From contig CAVPQV010000019.1 in the NCBI GenBank assembly GCA_963707625.1, positions 115,415-179,414 of the forward strand: DNA of 64,000 bases, read 5' to 3'. The stretch comes from an uncultured Gammaproteobacteria bacterium. GTDB lineage: Bacteria; Pseudomonadota; Gammaproteobacteria; Xanthomonadales; Xanthomonadaceae. Below the pieces are notes generated by a model, which worked only from the letters and a program-made list of their open reading frames with translations, was not told the DNA's origin and ran no database searches. Shown in pieces: positions 34,660-49,820 of this stretch. The translations under genes were made by a program, and so were the position numbers. Within the stretch, counting starts at the first letter, position 1; each line of letters opens with the position of its first letter.

Positions 34660-35532
34660 TCAGCGCCCGCTTTCCGCGCCCCGGCCGGCGCCCTGCGCGG
34701 CGATGAAACGGTCCACCTCGGCGGTGTAGGCCGGGAGCTTGCCGAGCTCTTTGTTGATCTCGCCGTGGTCCAGGTCCAGCGGCAGCACCGACGCCGCCAC
34801 GCCCAGCTGCAGGGAGCGGCGCGCGTAGGCCTGCGCCTGCTCGCAGGGACGGTCGGGGCGTTGCGTCGAGCACACTGCCAGCAGCGGCACCGCGCGCGCA
34901 CCGAGCGCATGCAGCGGCGACAGCTGTCGCCAGCTGGCCGGCTGCGCGCCGAAGGCGCGGTCGTACAGGCGCAGGTGCGGCCGCGCCATCACCGCGGCGA
35001 CGTCGAGCGCGGCACTGTCCAGCGCCACGGTGGCGCGCCAGCGATGCGCGCCGAAGGCCTCCGCGCGCGCCGGATCGGCCGAGAGCAACGCCGCCAGGTG
35101 CGCGCCGGCCGAATGGCCGACCAGGGTCAGCCGCGAGGGGTCCGCGCCCCATTCGTGCGCATGCCGCTGCACGTAGGCAAGCGCGCGCGCCACGTCCCCG
35201 GCCTGGCCGGCAACGTCCTGGTCCGGCAGCAGGCGGTAGTTGACCGACACGAACACGTTGCCGCGCGGCAGCCAGTGCGCGGCCTTGCCCTCGACCACGC
35301 CCTTGTACTGCTTGTCGCCCGCGACCCAGGCGCCGCCGTGCACCATCACGATCAGCGGCCGCGCGCCGCCGCCGGGCAGCGAATAGACATCGAGCGCCTG
35401 CGCCGGGTCCGGACCGTAGGCGAGGTCGCGGCGCAGCTGCGCGCCCTCGGGCAGATCGGGCGCGCGGCGCAGCCAGCTCGCGCCAAGCGCGAGCGGCAAC
35501 AGGAGCAGCAGCAGGAGCCAATACCTGGACAT
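34660..35532 (-). CDS. Secreted alpha/beta hydrolase (HSL-like esterase)
   Basis: Signal-peptide-like N-terminus; HGGAW, GHSAG. Confidence 0.88.
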   Translation of the reverse strand: MSRYWLLLLLLLPLALGASWLRRAPDLPEGAQLRRDLAYGPDPAQALDVYSLPGGGARPLIVMVHGGAWVAGDKQYKGVVEGKAAHWLPRGNVFVSVNYRLLPDQDVAGQAGDVARALAYVQRHAHEWGADPSRLTLVGHSAGAHLAALLSADPARAEAFGAHRWRATVALDSAALDVAAVMARPHLRLYDRAFGAQPASWRQLSPLHALGARAVPLLAVCSTQRPDRPCEQAQAYARRSLQLGVAASVLPLDLDHGEINKELGKLPAYTAEVDRFIAAQGAGRGAESGR

Positions 35533-35601
35533 GGCGATTCCGACGATGGCGCTAACGGCGTTAACGCCGCGTCGCGATCGGGGTTGACCGGGCGGCCCGC
35601 G

Positions 35602-36762
<1,161 letters not shown>

Positions 36763-36853
36763 GGCGGTCCTCGGGGCGTTGAACTCAGGCCGCCATTCTA
36801 CCGGCTCGGCCGTGAGCGCGGGGTCGACAAGCGCTTGCGCGCTCCCTGGGCGC

Positions 36854-38161
36854 CTAACCCGTCGCGCGCTGGCTCGGCGTGCCGGCGCGACCGTCAAGCC
36901 AGCGCTGGAAGGCTTCGTTGCTCATCGGCTTGCCGTAAAGGTAGCCTTGCCCGACGTCGCATCGGCGCTGCACCAGCATGCGCGCGGTCTCCTCGTCCTC
37001 CACGCCCTCGCCCACCACGGTCAGGCCGAAGCGGTGCGCCAGGTCGATGATCACGCTGGCGATCTCCGCGCAGGCCGGGTCGGACACCAGCCCGGAGACG
37101 AAGCTCTTGTCGATCTTCAACTCGTCCGCGGGAATGTTGCGGAAATAGGCCAGGCAGGAATAGCCGGTGCCGAAGTCGTCGATGGACACCTTCACGCCCA
37201 GCTCGCGGATGCACGACAGGATGCTGAAGCTGTGTTCCGGCGAGGCGACCAGCGAGCGCTCGGTGATCTCCAGCGCCAGCTGCACATGCTCCTTTCCCCA
37301 CAGGCGCAGCGCGTTCTCCACCAGGTCCGGAAGGTCGTGCTGCACGACCAGCTCGGCCGGAACGTTCACCGCCACCTGCATCTGGCCGAAGTCGTGCGTC
37401 CAGCCGCTGGCCTGGCGCAGCGCGGTGTTCATGGCCCAGATCGTGATCGGCTTGATCTGGCCGGTGCGCTCGGCCACGGGGATGAACAGGTCGGGCGACA
37501 GCAGGCCGCGGCTGCGATGCTCCCAGCGCAGCAGGGCCTCGGCGCCGACGGGTCGCTGGTCCACGCAGCGCAGCTTGGGCTGGTAGAGCAGGTGCATCTC
37601 GCCGCGCTGCACCGCGCCGACCAGGTCCATCTCGATGTCCCAAAGCTCGGAGATGAGCTCGTCCTGGCGCAGGTCCGGAGGGAACTGGCAACGGCGGCCG
37701 GCGGCACGGCCGGTCGCGAGCGCGCGCTCGGCCAGGCGCAGCAGGTACTCGGCGTGCGTGGCGTGCAGGGGGCACAGCGCGACCCCGACGCTCACCCCCA
37801 GCTTGACCCGCGCGGCTCCAACCTCGTAGGGCTGCTCGAGCAGGCGCAGCAGCTTTTGCACCGCCAGCTCGGCGTGCCCGGTATTCATGATCCGCGGCAG
37901 GATCAGTGCGAAGCGGTTGTCGCCGATGCGAGCGACGTAGTCCTGCGCGCGCGCCACTTCCCCCAGCTTCTGCGCCAGGAATTTCAGCACTTTGTCGCCG
38001 AACTCGTAGCCGTGCACGCCGTTGATGGTGGAGAAGCCGTCGATATCCACGACGGCGAGCGCAAGGCTGCCCTGCTGCTCGTTCGCCTGCGTGAGCTGGC
38101 GGCGCAGCGCCAGCGCGAAGGCGCGGCGGTCATGCAGGCCGGTGAGCGGGTCCTGGCTCAT
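36854..38161 (-). CDS. GGDEF(degenerate)-EAL c-di-GMP phosphodiesterase
   Basis: DPLTGL; GDNRF in place of GGDEF; EALLRW, EITE, DDFGTGYS, KIDKSF, EGVE, QGY. Confidence 0.92.
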   Translation of the reverse strand: MSQDPLTGLHDRRAFALALRRQLTQANEQQGSLALAVVDIDGFSTINGVHGYEFGDKVLKFLAQKLGEVARAQDYVARIGDNRFALILPRIMNTGHAELAVQKLLRLLEQPYEVGAARVKLGVSVGVALCPLHATHAEYLLRLAERALATGRAAGRRCQFPPDLRQDELISELWDIEMDLVGAVQRGEMHLLYQPKLRCVDQRPVGAEALLRWEHRSRGLLSPDLFIPVAERTGQIKPITIWAMNTALRQASGWTHDFGQMQVAVNVPAELVVQHDLPDLVENALRLWGKEHVQLALEITERSLVASPEHSFSILSCIRELGVKVSIDDFGTGYSCLAYFRNIPADELKIDKSFVSGLVSDPACAEIASVIIDLAHRFGLTVVGEGVEDEETARMLVQRRCDVGQGYLYGKPMSNEAFQRWLDGRAGTPSQRATG

Positions 38162-38165
38162 GCGC

Positions 38166-39410
38166 TCAGTCGAGGAAGAGTTCTTTCAGGTTGATGTTGA
38201 AGGCGCCGGCAGGCAGGCCGCCCTTGACCGTCAGCGGCGCACCGGCGGCGTCGGTCTCCACCTCGCTCAGATCGATGGTGCGGAAGCCGGGCAAGGGCGC
38301 CTTGTCGGGTCCGAGCAGCAGCATCACGCTCGGGCGCAGGCGCTTGAGGCTGTGCACCGACACCACCACGCCGACTTCGCCGCTGCTCAACTCCACCAGC
38401 GTGCCGGTGGGATAGATGCCGCAGGTCTGGATGAACTGCTCGACCAGCTCCGCCTGGAACAGGGTGCCGCGCAGTGCGTACAGCTCGGCGACGGCCTTGT
38501 GCGCCGAGCGGGTGCGCGCGTGCGGCCGCACGCAGGTCATCGCGTTGTAGCTGTCCACCAGGCCCATGATGCGTCCGTAGACGGGGATCATCTCGCCCTG
38601 CAGGCCCTTCGGATAGCCGCTGCCGTCGTGGCGTTCGTGGTGGGTGGCGACGATCTCGACGATTTCCTCCGGGATTCCCGGCGTGCGGTCGAGGATCTCC
38701 AGGCCGTGCGCCACGTGCCGGTGCACCAGCTCGGCCTCTTCCTCGCTGAGCTTGCCCTGGCGCCCGAGCACCTCCGGCGGCAGCTTGGTCATGCCGATGT
38801 CGCAGAGCAGACCGCCCAGCGCCAGCTTCTGCACCTCGGCCTTCTCGAGCCCGAGCTGGCGACCGAAGCTGGCGGCCCAGATCGAGCAGGCCAGCGCGTG
38901 GTGGTAACCGTAGTTGTCGCGCCGCTTCATCTCCTTGATCCAGGTGAAGGCGGCAGGATTGCGCAGGATCGAGTCCACCATGGCATCCACGCCGTCCTTG
39001 AGCCGGCCCAGGTCCAGGTTGCGGCCCTTCTGCAGGTCGCTCATCACCTCTTCTATGTCCACCTCGATGCGCGCATGCAGCTCGCCCGCCACCGTGCGCT
39101 CGGCGTCGAATTCGGTCTGGATGGTCCACTGCTGCGTCTTCAGCGCGAGCAGTTCGTCGCGACCGCGCGAGTCCTCCACCAGCGCGCCGGTCTCGTATTC
39201 GACGAAGCGCATCTCCGGCGTGGTGCCGCGGCTGGTGTCGACGAACACATAGCTGCAGATCCGCCGCAGCTTTTCGATCTCCTCGTCGTCCTGGACCTGC
39301 AGGCCCTCGAGCGGAAAAGGCGTCTCGATCCATGGACGGTCCAGGCGGCACACGAACATGCCACGGGTCAGACCCCGCACGCTGATGCGCAATTCGCTGC
39401 TGAACTGCAT
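38166..39410 (-). CDS. HD-GYP domain protein with N-terminal DUF3391-like region
   Basis: GMFVCRLDRPWIETPF; LLCDIG; HHERHDGSGYPKGL. Confidence 0.88.
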   Translation of the reverse strand: MQFSSELRISVRGLTRGMFVCRLDRPWIETPFPLEGLQVQDDEEIEKLRRICSYVFVDTSRGTTPEMRFVEYETGALVEDSRGRDELLALKTQQWTIQTEFDAERTVAGELHARIEVDIEEVMSDLQKGRNLDLGRLKDGVDAMVDSILRNPAAFTWIKEMKRRDNYGYHHALACSIWAASFGRQLGLEKAEVQKLALGGLLCDIGMTKLPPEVLGRQGKLSEEEAELVHRHVAHGLEILDRTPGIPEEIVEIVATHHERHDGSGYPKGLQGEMIPVYGRIMGLVDSYNAMTCVRPHARTRSAHKAVAELYALRGTLFQAELVEQFIQTCGIYPTGTLVELSSGEVGVVVSVHSLKRLRPSVMLLLGPDKAPLPGFRTIDLSEVETDAAGAPLTVKGGLPAGAFNINLKELFLD

Positions 39411-39468
39411 CTTCGCTCCCTCCCGCGCAACCATGCCCACCTTAACGCAATACGGCCGCAGGAGCGGC

Positions 39469-39519
39469 TTGACCCCCGTGGAGGCCGGGCACACAATGCT
39501 TCATCTTTGAATCGCGATG
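39469..39519 (+). promoter_or_regulatory. Sigma70 promoter with downstream inverted-repeat operator candidate
   Basis: TTGACC (39469-74), 17 bp spacer, CACAAT (39492-97); CATC-N10-GATG at 39502-39519. Confidence 0.6.
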
Positions 39520-39528
39520 GAAGGATGC

Positions 39529-40454
39529 ATGGATCTCGACGCCTGGTCCGCCTGCCTGAAGGTGCTCGCCGATCCGACCCGGGTGCGGCTGCTGGCCCTG
39601 CTCGAACGCGAGGAGCTCACCGTGGCCGAACTGGCCGCGGTCACCCGCCTGGCGCAGCCACGCGTTTCCACGCACCTGGCCAAGCTCAAGGACGCCGAGC
39701 TGGTGCTCGACCGCCGCGCCGGCGTCTCCGCCTACTACCGCTTCAACGGCGATCGCATGGAGCCGGCCGAGCGCGCGCTGTGGGAGGCACTGCGCACCGG
39801 CGCCGACGACCCGCTGCTGCGCCAGGACGCCGAGCGCCTGCCCGAGGTGCTGGCCACGCGCGCGGCCGAGCACAACTGGGCTGACGCGGTCGCCGGCGAC
39901 ATGGAGCGGCACTATTCGCCCGGCCGCACCTGGGAAGCACTGGCGCGCGCCGCGCTGCCGATGCTCAACCCGGGCGACGTGCTCGACGTGGCCTCCGGCG
40001 ACGGCGTGCTGGCCGAGCTGCTGGCTCCGCACGCAAACCGCTACGTGTGCATAGACAACAGCTCCAAGGTAGTGCTGGCGGCGAGCGAGCGCCTGCGCAG
40101 GCTCGACCAGGTCGAGGTGCGCGAGGGCGACATGCAGGCGCTGCCCTTCGACAAGCCGCAGTTCGACCTGGTGCTGCTGATGCATGCACTCACTTATGCC
40201 GACAAGCCGGCGCTGGCGATTTCCGAGGCCGCGCGCGTGCTGCGCAAGGGCGGGCAGTTGCTGCTCACCTGCCTTGCCAAGCACGAACACGCGGGCGCGG
40301 TGACGCCCTTCGGCCACGTCAACCTCGGCTTCACCGAAAAGGAACTGCGCCGCTTCGCCACCAAGGCCGGGCTCACCGTGCAGGTGTGCCAGGTGGTGAC
40401 GCAGGAAAAGCGCCCGCCGCACTTCGAAGTGCTGGCGCTGCAGGCGCGCAAGGA

Positions 40455-40458
<4 letters not shown>
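39529..40458 (+). CDS. ArsR-family HTH plus SAM-dependent methyltransferase-fold regulator (SahR/SamR-like)
   Basis: [10 protein letters not shown]...ELTVAEL...[11 protein letters not shown]; VLDVASGDG; directly upstream of metH. Confidence 0.9.
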
Positions 40459-44286
<3,828 letters not shown>

Positions 44287-44370
44287 CCAAGCCCCCTTGT
44301 AGGAGGGCCTTCAGGCCCGATGCCCTTCGGCCTAGAGCATCGGGCCTGAAGGCCCTCCTGCAGGGCTTGG
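44287..44370. repeat. GTAG-type REP doublet (REPIN-like) between convergent genes
   Basis: GTAGGAGGGCCTTCAGGCCCGATGC ... GCATCGGGCCTGAAGGCCCTCCTGC, enclosed by CCAAGCCC/GGGCTTGG. Confidence 0.85.
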
Positions 44371-44371
44371 G

Positions 44372-45163
44372 TTACCAGATCAGGTCGTCGGGCACCTGGT
44401 AGGCCGGATCGGAATAGGGATCGTCGCGACGCCGGCGCGTTCGGATCGACCTTGAGCGCGATCGCCGGCGGAAAGATCGCTTCGGCTTCGGCCAGCACTT
44501 CGGCGCTGACCAGCAGGTAGCGACCGTCCGACTGCAGCACGCCCAGCTCGCCGCGGTTCGAGGCCGCGAGCTGCTCCGGCGTCACGTGCACGCGCTTGAT
44601 CTTGCCGCCGTATTCGAAGTGGCGGGCGTGTTCGGCGTTCGCGTCGTTGAGCGCCTTGCCTTCGAGCAGCACGGTGAGCTTGGCGCGCGCTTCGCGGCGC
44701 AGGCGCGCTTCTTCCTGCTTGGCCTTTTCGGCAGCGATGCGCTCGTCCTTTTCCGTCTGCGCGCGCAGCGCGTAGGCCTTGCCGAGGTCGAATTCGGAGC
44801 CGCCTGCGGGACGCGTGCGCTGGCCTGCCAGCAGCGCGCGGGGCCGTACTGGCGGCCGGGCGCGGGCCGCCACGGTTGGCGCTGGTCGCGGTGATCGGGC
44901 CGTTGGCCCGGCTTGCCGGGCGCGCCCTGGCGCGCCGGCGCGCCGCCAGCCGGACGCTGGCCGCCGCGAGGGCGCTCTGCACTACCGGGGCGCTCGCCGC
45001 CGCGCGGGCGATCACCACCCGGGCGTTCCGCACCACCCGGACGCGCGTCACGCCGCGGCCGCTCGCTACCCTGCGGGCGCGCGTCGTTGCGGGGTGGCTT
45101 GGGGGTCTCCGCCGGCGGCTTGTAGCCCAGGCCCAGCAGCTGGTCACGCAGGGAATTGCTCAT
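44372..45163 (-). CDS. DUF2058 (YaiL-like) protein with RGG-rich linker; apparent frameshifts
   Basis: MSNSLRDQLLGLG N-terminus; ...GKIKRVHV...; C-terminal YQVPDDLIW. Confidence 0.85.
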
Positions 45164-45172
45164 TCGACGAAC

Positions 45173-45412
45173 TCAGAAATGCGGGGGCGGCGGTTCCTGC
45201 GAGGGGTCCGCGTAGAGCAGCGTGCGCAGCTGCTTGAGGTCTTCCAGCGCGCGCTGCAGCAGCTCGTGGTTGCGCGCCGCCTCGGCGCGCGCCGCGGCGA
45301 GCGCATCGCTCATCTCCGACAGCGCGTGCTCCTGGAAGGCGAAGCGCGACTCCAGCTCGGTGAAGCGCCGGTCGAACTGGAACTCCAGGGTTTCGTCGGG
45401 CGGCGCGGGCAT
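45173..45412 (-). CDS. slyX: SlyX family protein
   Basis: [20 protein letters not shown]...EPPPPHF. Confidence 0.9.
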   Translation of the reverse strand: MPAPPDETLEFQFDRRFTELESRFAFQEHALSEMSDALAAARAEAARNHELLQRALEDLKQLRTLLYADPSQEPPPPHF

Positions 45413-45416
45413 GGCG

Positions 45417-46769
45417 TCAGTTGGCGCCGGCAATGGTCCGGCCGCGGCCGATGCCGTAGTAGGCCAGGCCCGCGGCTTCGACTTCGGCCGGGTCGTAGAT
45501 GTTGCGGCCGTCGAACACCACGCGGCGTCTTCAGCGCCGCCTTGCAGCTGCGGCGAAATCCGGGCTCCAGAAGGCCTTCCACTCGGTGACCACGAACAGC
45601 GCGTCCGCGCCTTCCAGCGCGGCCGCCGGCGTGTCGCACCAGCACCAGATCGTCGCTGCTCGACCGTAGATGCGGCCGGCCTCTTCCATCGCTTCCGGAT
45701 CGTAGGCGCGCACTTTCGCACCGGCTTCCCACAGCCGCGCCAGCAGCGCGCGGCTGGAGGCTTCGCGCATGTCGTCGGTGTTGGGCTTGAAGGCCAGGCC
45801 CCAGACCGCGAAGGTCTTGCCGCGCCAGCTCGCCGTCGAAGTGGCGCGAGGCCAGTTCGAACAGCTTGTCCTTCTGGCGCGTCGTTGACCGCTTCCACCG
45901 CTTCCAGGATCTGCGCGGTGTAGCCGTACTGCCTGGCGGTCTGCTCCAGCGCCTGCACGTCCTTCGGGAAACACGAGCCGCCGTAACCGGCGCCCGGGTA
46001 GATGAAGGTGTAGCCGATGCGCGGATCCGAGCCGATGCCGTGGCGGACCATTTCGATGTCCGCGCCGACGCGCTCGGCGATGTTCGCCATCTCGTTCATG
46101 AAGCTGATCTTGGTCGCCAGCATGGCGTTGGCGGCGTACTTGGTCAGCTCCGCCGAGCGCACGTCCATCGCGATGATGCGTTCGTGGTTGCGGTTGAAGG
46201 GCGCGTACAGCCGCTTCATCTGCTCCAGCGCGTGCTGGCTGTCGGTGCCGATGACGATGCGGTCCGGGCGCATGCAGTCCTTGACCGCGTCGCCTTCCTT
46301 GAGGAATTCCGGGTTGGAAACCACCTCGAAGGCAACCTCGCTGCCACGCTTCTGCAGCTCGGCGGCGATCGCCGCGCGCACCTTGTCCGCGGTGCCGACC
46401 GGCACCGTGGACTTGTTCACCACCACCGCCGGCCGCTTCAGGTGCTGGCCGATGCGTGCGCGCCACCGCCAGCACGTACTGCAGGTCGGCGCTGCCGTCC
46501 TCGTCGGGCGGCGTGCCCACGGCGATGAAGATGATGTCGCCGTGCTCGATCGGCGCGGCGACGTCGGTGGTGAAGCTCAGGCGTCCGCTGGCGTGGTTGG
46601 CCAGCACCATGTCCTCCAGCCCCGGCTCGTAGATCGGGATCACGCCCTTGTTCAGGCCCTCGACCTTGGCCGCGTCGATGTCCACGCACACGACCTGGTT
46701 GCCGACCTCGGCCAGGCAGGTGCCGGTGACCAGGCCGACGTAGCCGGTGCCGAAGACGGTGACTCGCAT
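45417..46769 (-). CDS. ugd: UDP-glucose 6-dehydrogenase (apparent frameshifts)
   Basis: [53 protein letters not shown]. Confidence 0.95.
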
Positions 46770-47526
46770 CATTCCGTGCCGGGATGACCCATCAGCTTCG
46801 ACTTCGAACACCAGCGTGCGAGTTCGGGCCGATCGGCGCCTGGCCGTTGGGGCCGTAGGCGAGGCTGGACGGGATCCAGAACTTGTACTTGCTGTTGACC
46901 GACATCAGCGCCACGCCCTCGGACCAGCCCGGGATGACCTGGTTGAGCGCGAATTCCGCCGGCTCGCCGCGATCGTAGGAGCTGTCGAACTTGGTGCCAT
47001 CCAGCAGCGTGCCGGAGTAGTGCACGCGCACCTTGTCGGTGGGCTTGGGCGTCGGGCCGGCGCCCTGGCGGATCACCTGGTACTGCAGGCCGCTGTCGGT
47101 GGTGCGCACGCCCGGTTTGCTCTTGTTGGCGGCGAGGAAGGCTTCGCCCTCGCGCAGGTTCTTCTGCCCGGCCTCGGCGGCCTTCTTCGCCATCTTCTCC
47201 TGCATCTTGGCGCCGAACTCGGTGCGCACCTTCTCGGCCTCGGCGGCGGTGAGCTTGGTCGGCTTGCCGGCGAAGCTGGCCTTCATGGCCGCGGCCAGCG
47301 CGTCCACGTCAACCTCGTCCTTGATCGCATCGAGCGACTTGGCGATGTCCATGCCGATCATGGTGCTGTTGCGCTGCTTCTCGCTCAGCGCCGAGGCGGT
47401 CGGGCTCAGGCCCGGCGTCGCCGCTTTCGCGTCGGCGGCCTTTTCCGGCGCGGGCGCCTCAGCGGTGCAGGACATGCTGCAGGCAATCGCCGTCAGCAGG
47501 ACGGCGGAACGAATGACCGATGGCAT
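46769..47526 (-). CDS. fkpA: FKBP-type peptidyl-prolyl isomerase (FkpA/Mip-like); indels near the 3' end make the stop position approximate
   Basis: Signal peptide; SGLQYQV, VHYSGTLLDGTKFDSSY, VIPGWSEG, LAYG. Confidence 0.9.
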
Positions 47527-47635
47527 CGCGATGAAACTCCTGGGGGAAAGCCGGAATCGCCGGCACAAGCCCCCATTGTCGCGGCCTTGGCGGGCCGCGG
47601 CAATGGCCGCAGTGGCAGCGGAAAGTTCCCCGGAT

Positions 47636-48200
47636 TCAGCCCTTCGTCACCGGAATCGGCGCCGCCAGCAGTTTTTCCAGGGCCGCCACCAGCGCCGGGT
47701 CATCGGGCGTGGTCTTGCTGTTGAAGTTGGCGACCACCCTGCCCTGGCGATCGATCAGGTACTTGTGGAAGTTCCAGCCCGGCGTGGCGCCGGTGGCCTT
47801 GGCAAGCGCGCGGTACAGCGGCGTGGCATCGCGCCCCTTCACGTGCACCTTCTGGAACATGGGGAATTTCACCCCGTAGGTAAGCGTGCAGAACTCGGCG
47901 ATCTGCTTCTCACTGCCGGGGTCTTGGCCCATGAAATCGTTCGAGGGAAAGCCCAGCACCGCGAAGCCGCGGGTCTGGTATTTGGCGTGCAGGCGCTCAA
48001 GGGACTCGAATTGCGGGGTGATAGCCGCATTTGCTGGCGGTATTGACCACCAGCAGCACCTTGCCACCGTATTCCTGGCGCAGATTGACCGTCTCCGTGC
48101 CCGCCAGGCGGCGGTAGTCGAGGTCCAGCAGGGCCTTCCCGGCCGGGGCCGGGGCGCCCGCGGCGGCCAGGGAGAGCAACAGGATTGCCAATGTTTTCAT
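47636..48200 (-). CDS. Glutathione peroxidase family protein with signal peptide (one apparent frameshift near 48025)
   Basis: LVVNTASKCGY | TPQFESL, LGFPSNDF, WNFHKYL. Confidence 0.9.
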
Positions 48201-48274
48201 AGGGTTGCTCTCGTCGTGGCGGGTCAGGACCCGGACTATGCCATCAGTTGGGTGGAGATTTCGTGCAGACCCTG

Positions 48275-48314
48275 TTGACAGGGCGAAACGTAGTGTTATA
48301 GTTACCTACAACAC
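48275..48314 (+). promoter_or_regulatory. Sigma70 promoter overlapped by a YtrA-type operator palindrome
   Basis: TTGACA (48275-80), 16 bp spacer, TATAGT (48297-302); GTGTTATAG-TTAC-CTACAACAC at 48293-48314. Confidence 0.75.
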
Positions 48315-48347
48315 CAACGGGTTACCTCACCAACACGGGAGGCTGTC

Positions 48348-48599
48348 ATGTACCACAAAGTCAAGAACACCCTGGCCAGCCTGGCGATCGCGATGACGAT
48401 GCTTGGCGTGAGCTATTCAGTCGGACAGCCGCCGATGCAGGCCACCGCCGCCGCGCCGCAGCTCGACCTGGGTGCGTCCCGGATCGAGGCCAGCCTGGAC
48501 CGCGTGCAGATCGAGCGCAAGCGCGCCCGCGGCATGCAGAGCCAGCTGTCCATGCCCTTCTATTCGTTCGCGCCGCTGCTGCCGCGCAGGGAGTCCTGA
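48348..48599 (+). CDS. Small exported or membrane-anchored hypothetical protein (83 aa)
   Basis: GGGAGG RBS; hydrophobic N-terminus; C-terminal LSMPFYSF; first gene after the promoter. Confidence 0.75.
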   Translation: MYHKVKNTLASLAIAMTMLGVSYSVGQPPMQATAAAPQLDLGASRIEASLDRVQIERKRARGMQSQLSMPFYSFAPLLPRRES

Positions 48600-48600
48600 G

Positions 48601-48966
48601 ATGACGATCGCCTGGAGCGACAACGCGCCGATCTACCGCCAGCTCAAGGAGCGGGTGGTCGGCATGATGCTGGACGGATTGCTGAAGCCGGGCGATGCAC
48701 TGCCCTCGGTCCGGCAGATCGCCGCCGAATACCAGCTCAACCCTATCACCGTCTCCCGCGCCTACCAGGAGCTGGCGGACGAAGACTTGGTCGAAAAACG
48801 AAGGGGACTTGGCATGTACGTGACCGACGGAGCGCGCGAGAAGCTGCTGGCCAGCGAGCGGGAGCGCTTCCTCAAGGAAGAGTGGCCGGCGATGGTCGAG
48901 CGCATCAACCGCCTCGGCCTGGATATCGAGAAGCTGCTGCGCGCCAGCGCCGGAGGTGCCCAGTGA
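48601..48966 (+). CDS. GntR-family regulator, YtrA subfamily
   Basis: PIYRQL...LPSVRQIA...NPITVSRAYQEL...RGLGMYV; short C-terminal domain. Confidence 0.93.
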   Translation: MTIAWSDNAPIYRQLKERVVGMMLDGLLKPGDALPSVRQIAAEYQLNPITVSRAYQELADEDLVEKRRGLGMYVTDGAREKLLASERERFLKEEWPAMVERINRLGLDIEKLLRASAGGAQ

Positions 48967-49820
48967 CCGCTGCCATTTCCGCCCGCGGCCTGACCAAGCG
49001 CTACGGCAAGTCCCTGGCCGTGGACAACGTCAGCTTCGAGATCCCCTCCGGCCGCATTGTCGGCCTGATCGGCCCCAACGGTTCCGGCAAGACTTCCACC
49101 CTGAAGGCGGCCCTGGGCCTGATTCCCTTCGAGGGCGAGTTGCGCGTGCTCGGCCTGGACCCGCGCACACAGCGCGACCAGCTGATGGAGCAGGTCTGCT
49201 TCATCGCCGACGTCGCCGTGCTGCCGCGCTGGCTGCGCGTCTCCGAGGCGATCGATTTCGTCGCCGGCGTGCATCCGAAGTTCGACCGCAGCAAGGCCGA
49301 ACGCTACATCGCCCACACCAAGCTCAAGCCCTCGATGAAGGTCAAGGAAATGAGCAAGGGCATGATCGTGCAGCTGCACCTGGCACTGGTCATGGCGATC
49401 GACGCCAGGCTGCTGGTGCTGGACGAGCCGACCCTCGGCCTCGACATCCTGTACCGCAAGCAGTTCTACCAGAACCTGCTCGAGGACTATTTCGACGAGG
49501 ACAAGACCATCGTCGTCACCACGCATCAGGTCGAGGAGATCGAACACATCCTCAGCGACCTGATGTTCATCCGCGAGGGCAAGATCACGCTTTCGGCGAC
49601 GATGGACGAGGTCGGCGAGCGCTTCGTCGAGGTGATGGTGCCGAGCGAGAACATCGCCGCCGCCAAGGCACTGAAGCCGATCGACGAGCGCCAGGTGTTC
49701 GGCAAGTCGGTGATGCTGTTCGACGGCGTGCCACGCGCGCAGGTCGCCCAGCTCGGTGAAACCCGCAACGTCGGCATCGCCGACCTGTTCGTGGCCCAGA
49801 TGAAAGGAACCTACGCATGA
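48963..49820 (+). CDS. ABC-2 type transporter ATP-binding protein
   Basis: GTG start overlaps the previous stop; GPNGSGKT, MSKGM, LDEPT. Confidence 0.93.
   Translation: MTAAISARGLTKRYGKSLAVDNVSFEIPSGRIVGLIGPNGSGKTSTLKAALGLIPFEGELRVLGLDPRTQRDQLMEQVCFIADVAVLPRWLRVSEAIDFVAGVHPKFDRSKAERYIAHTKLKPSMKVKEMSKGMIVQLHLALVMAIDARLLVLDEPTLGLDILYRKQFYQNLLEDYFDEDKTIVVTTHQVEEIEHILSDLMFIREGKITLSATMDEVGERFVEVMVPSENIAAAKALKPIDERQVFGKSVMLFDGVPRAQVAQLGETRNVGIADLFVAQMKGTYA

Noticed and set aside
35556-35569. 14-bp palindrome CGGCGTTAACGCCG upstream of the esterase
   Set aside because: Short, single occurrence and no cognate regulator nearby; it could be chance.
47997-48067. Selenocysteine or recoding in the glutathione peroxidase
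   Set aside because: The active-site codon is TGC (Cys, ASKCG), and the break is a simple indel just after it.
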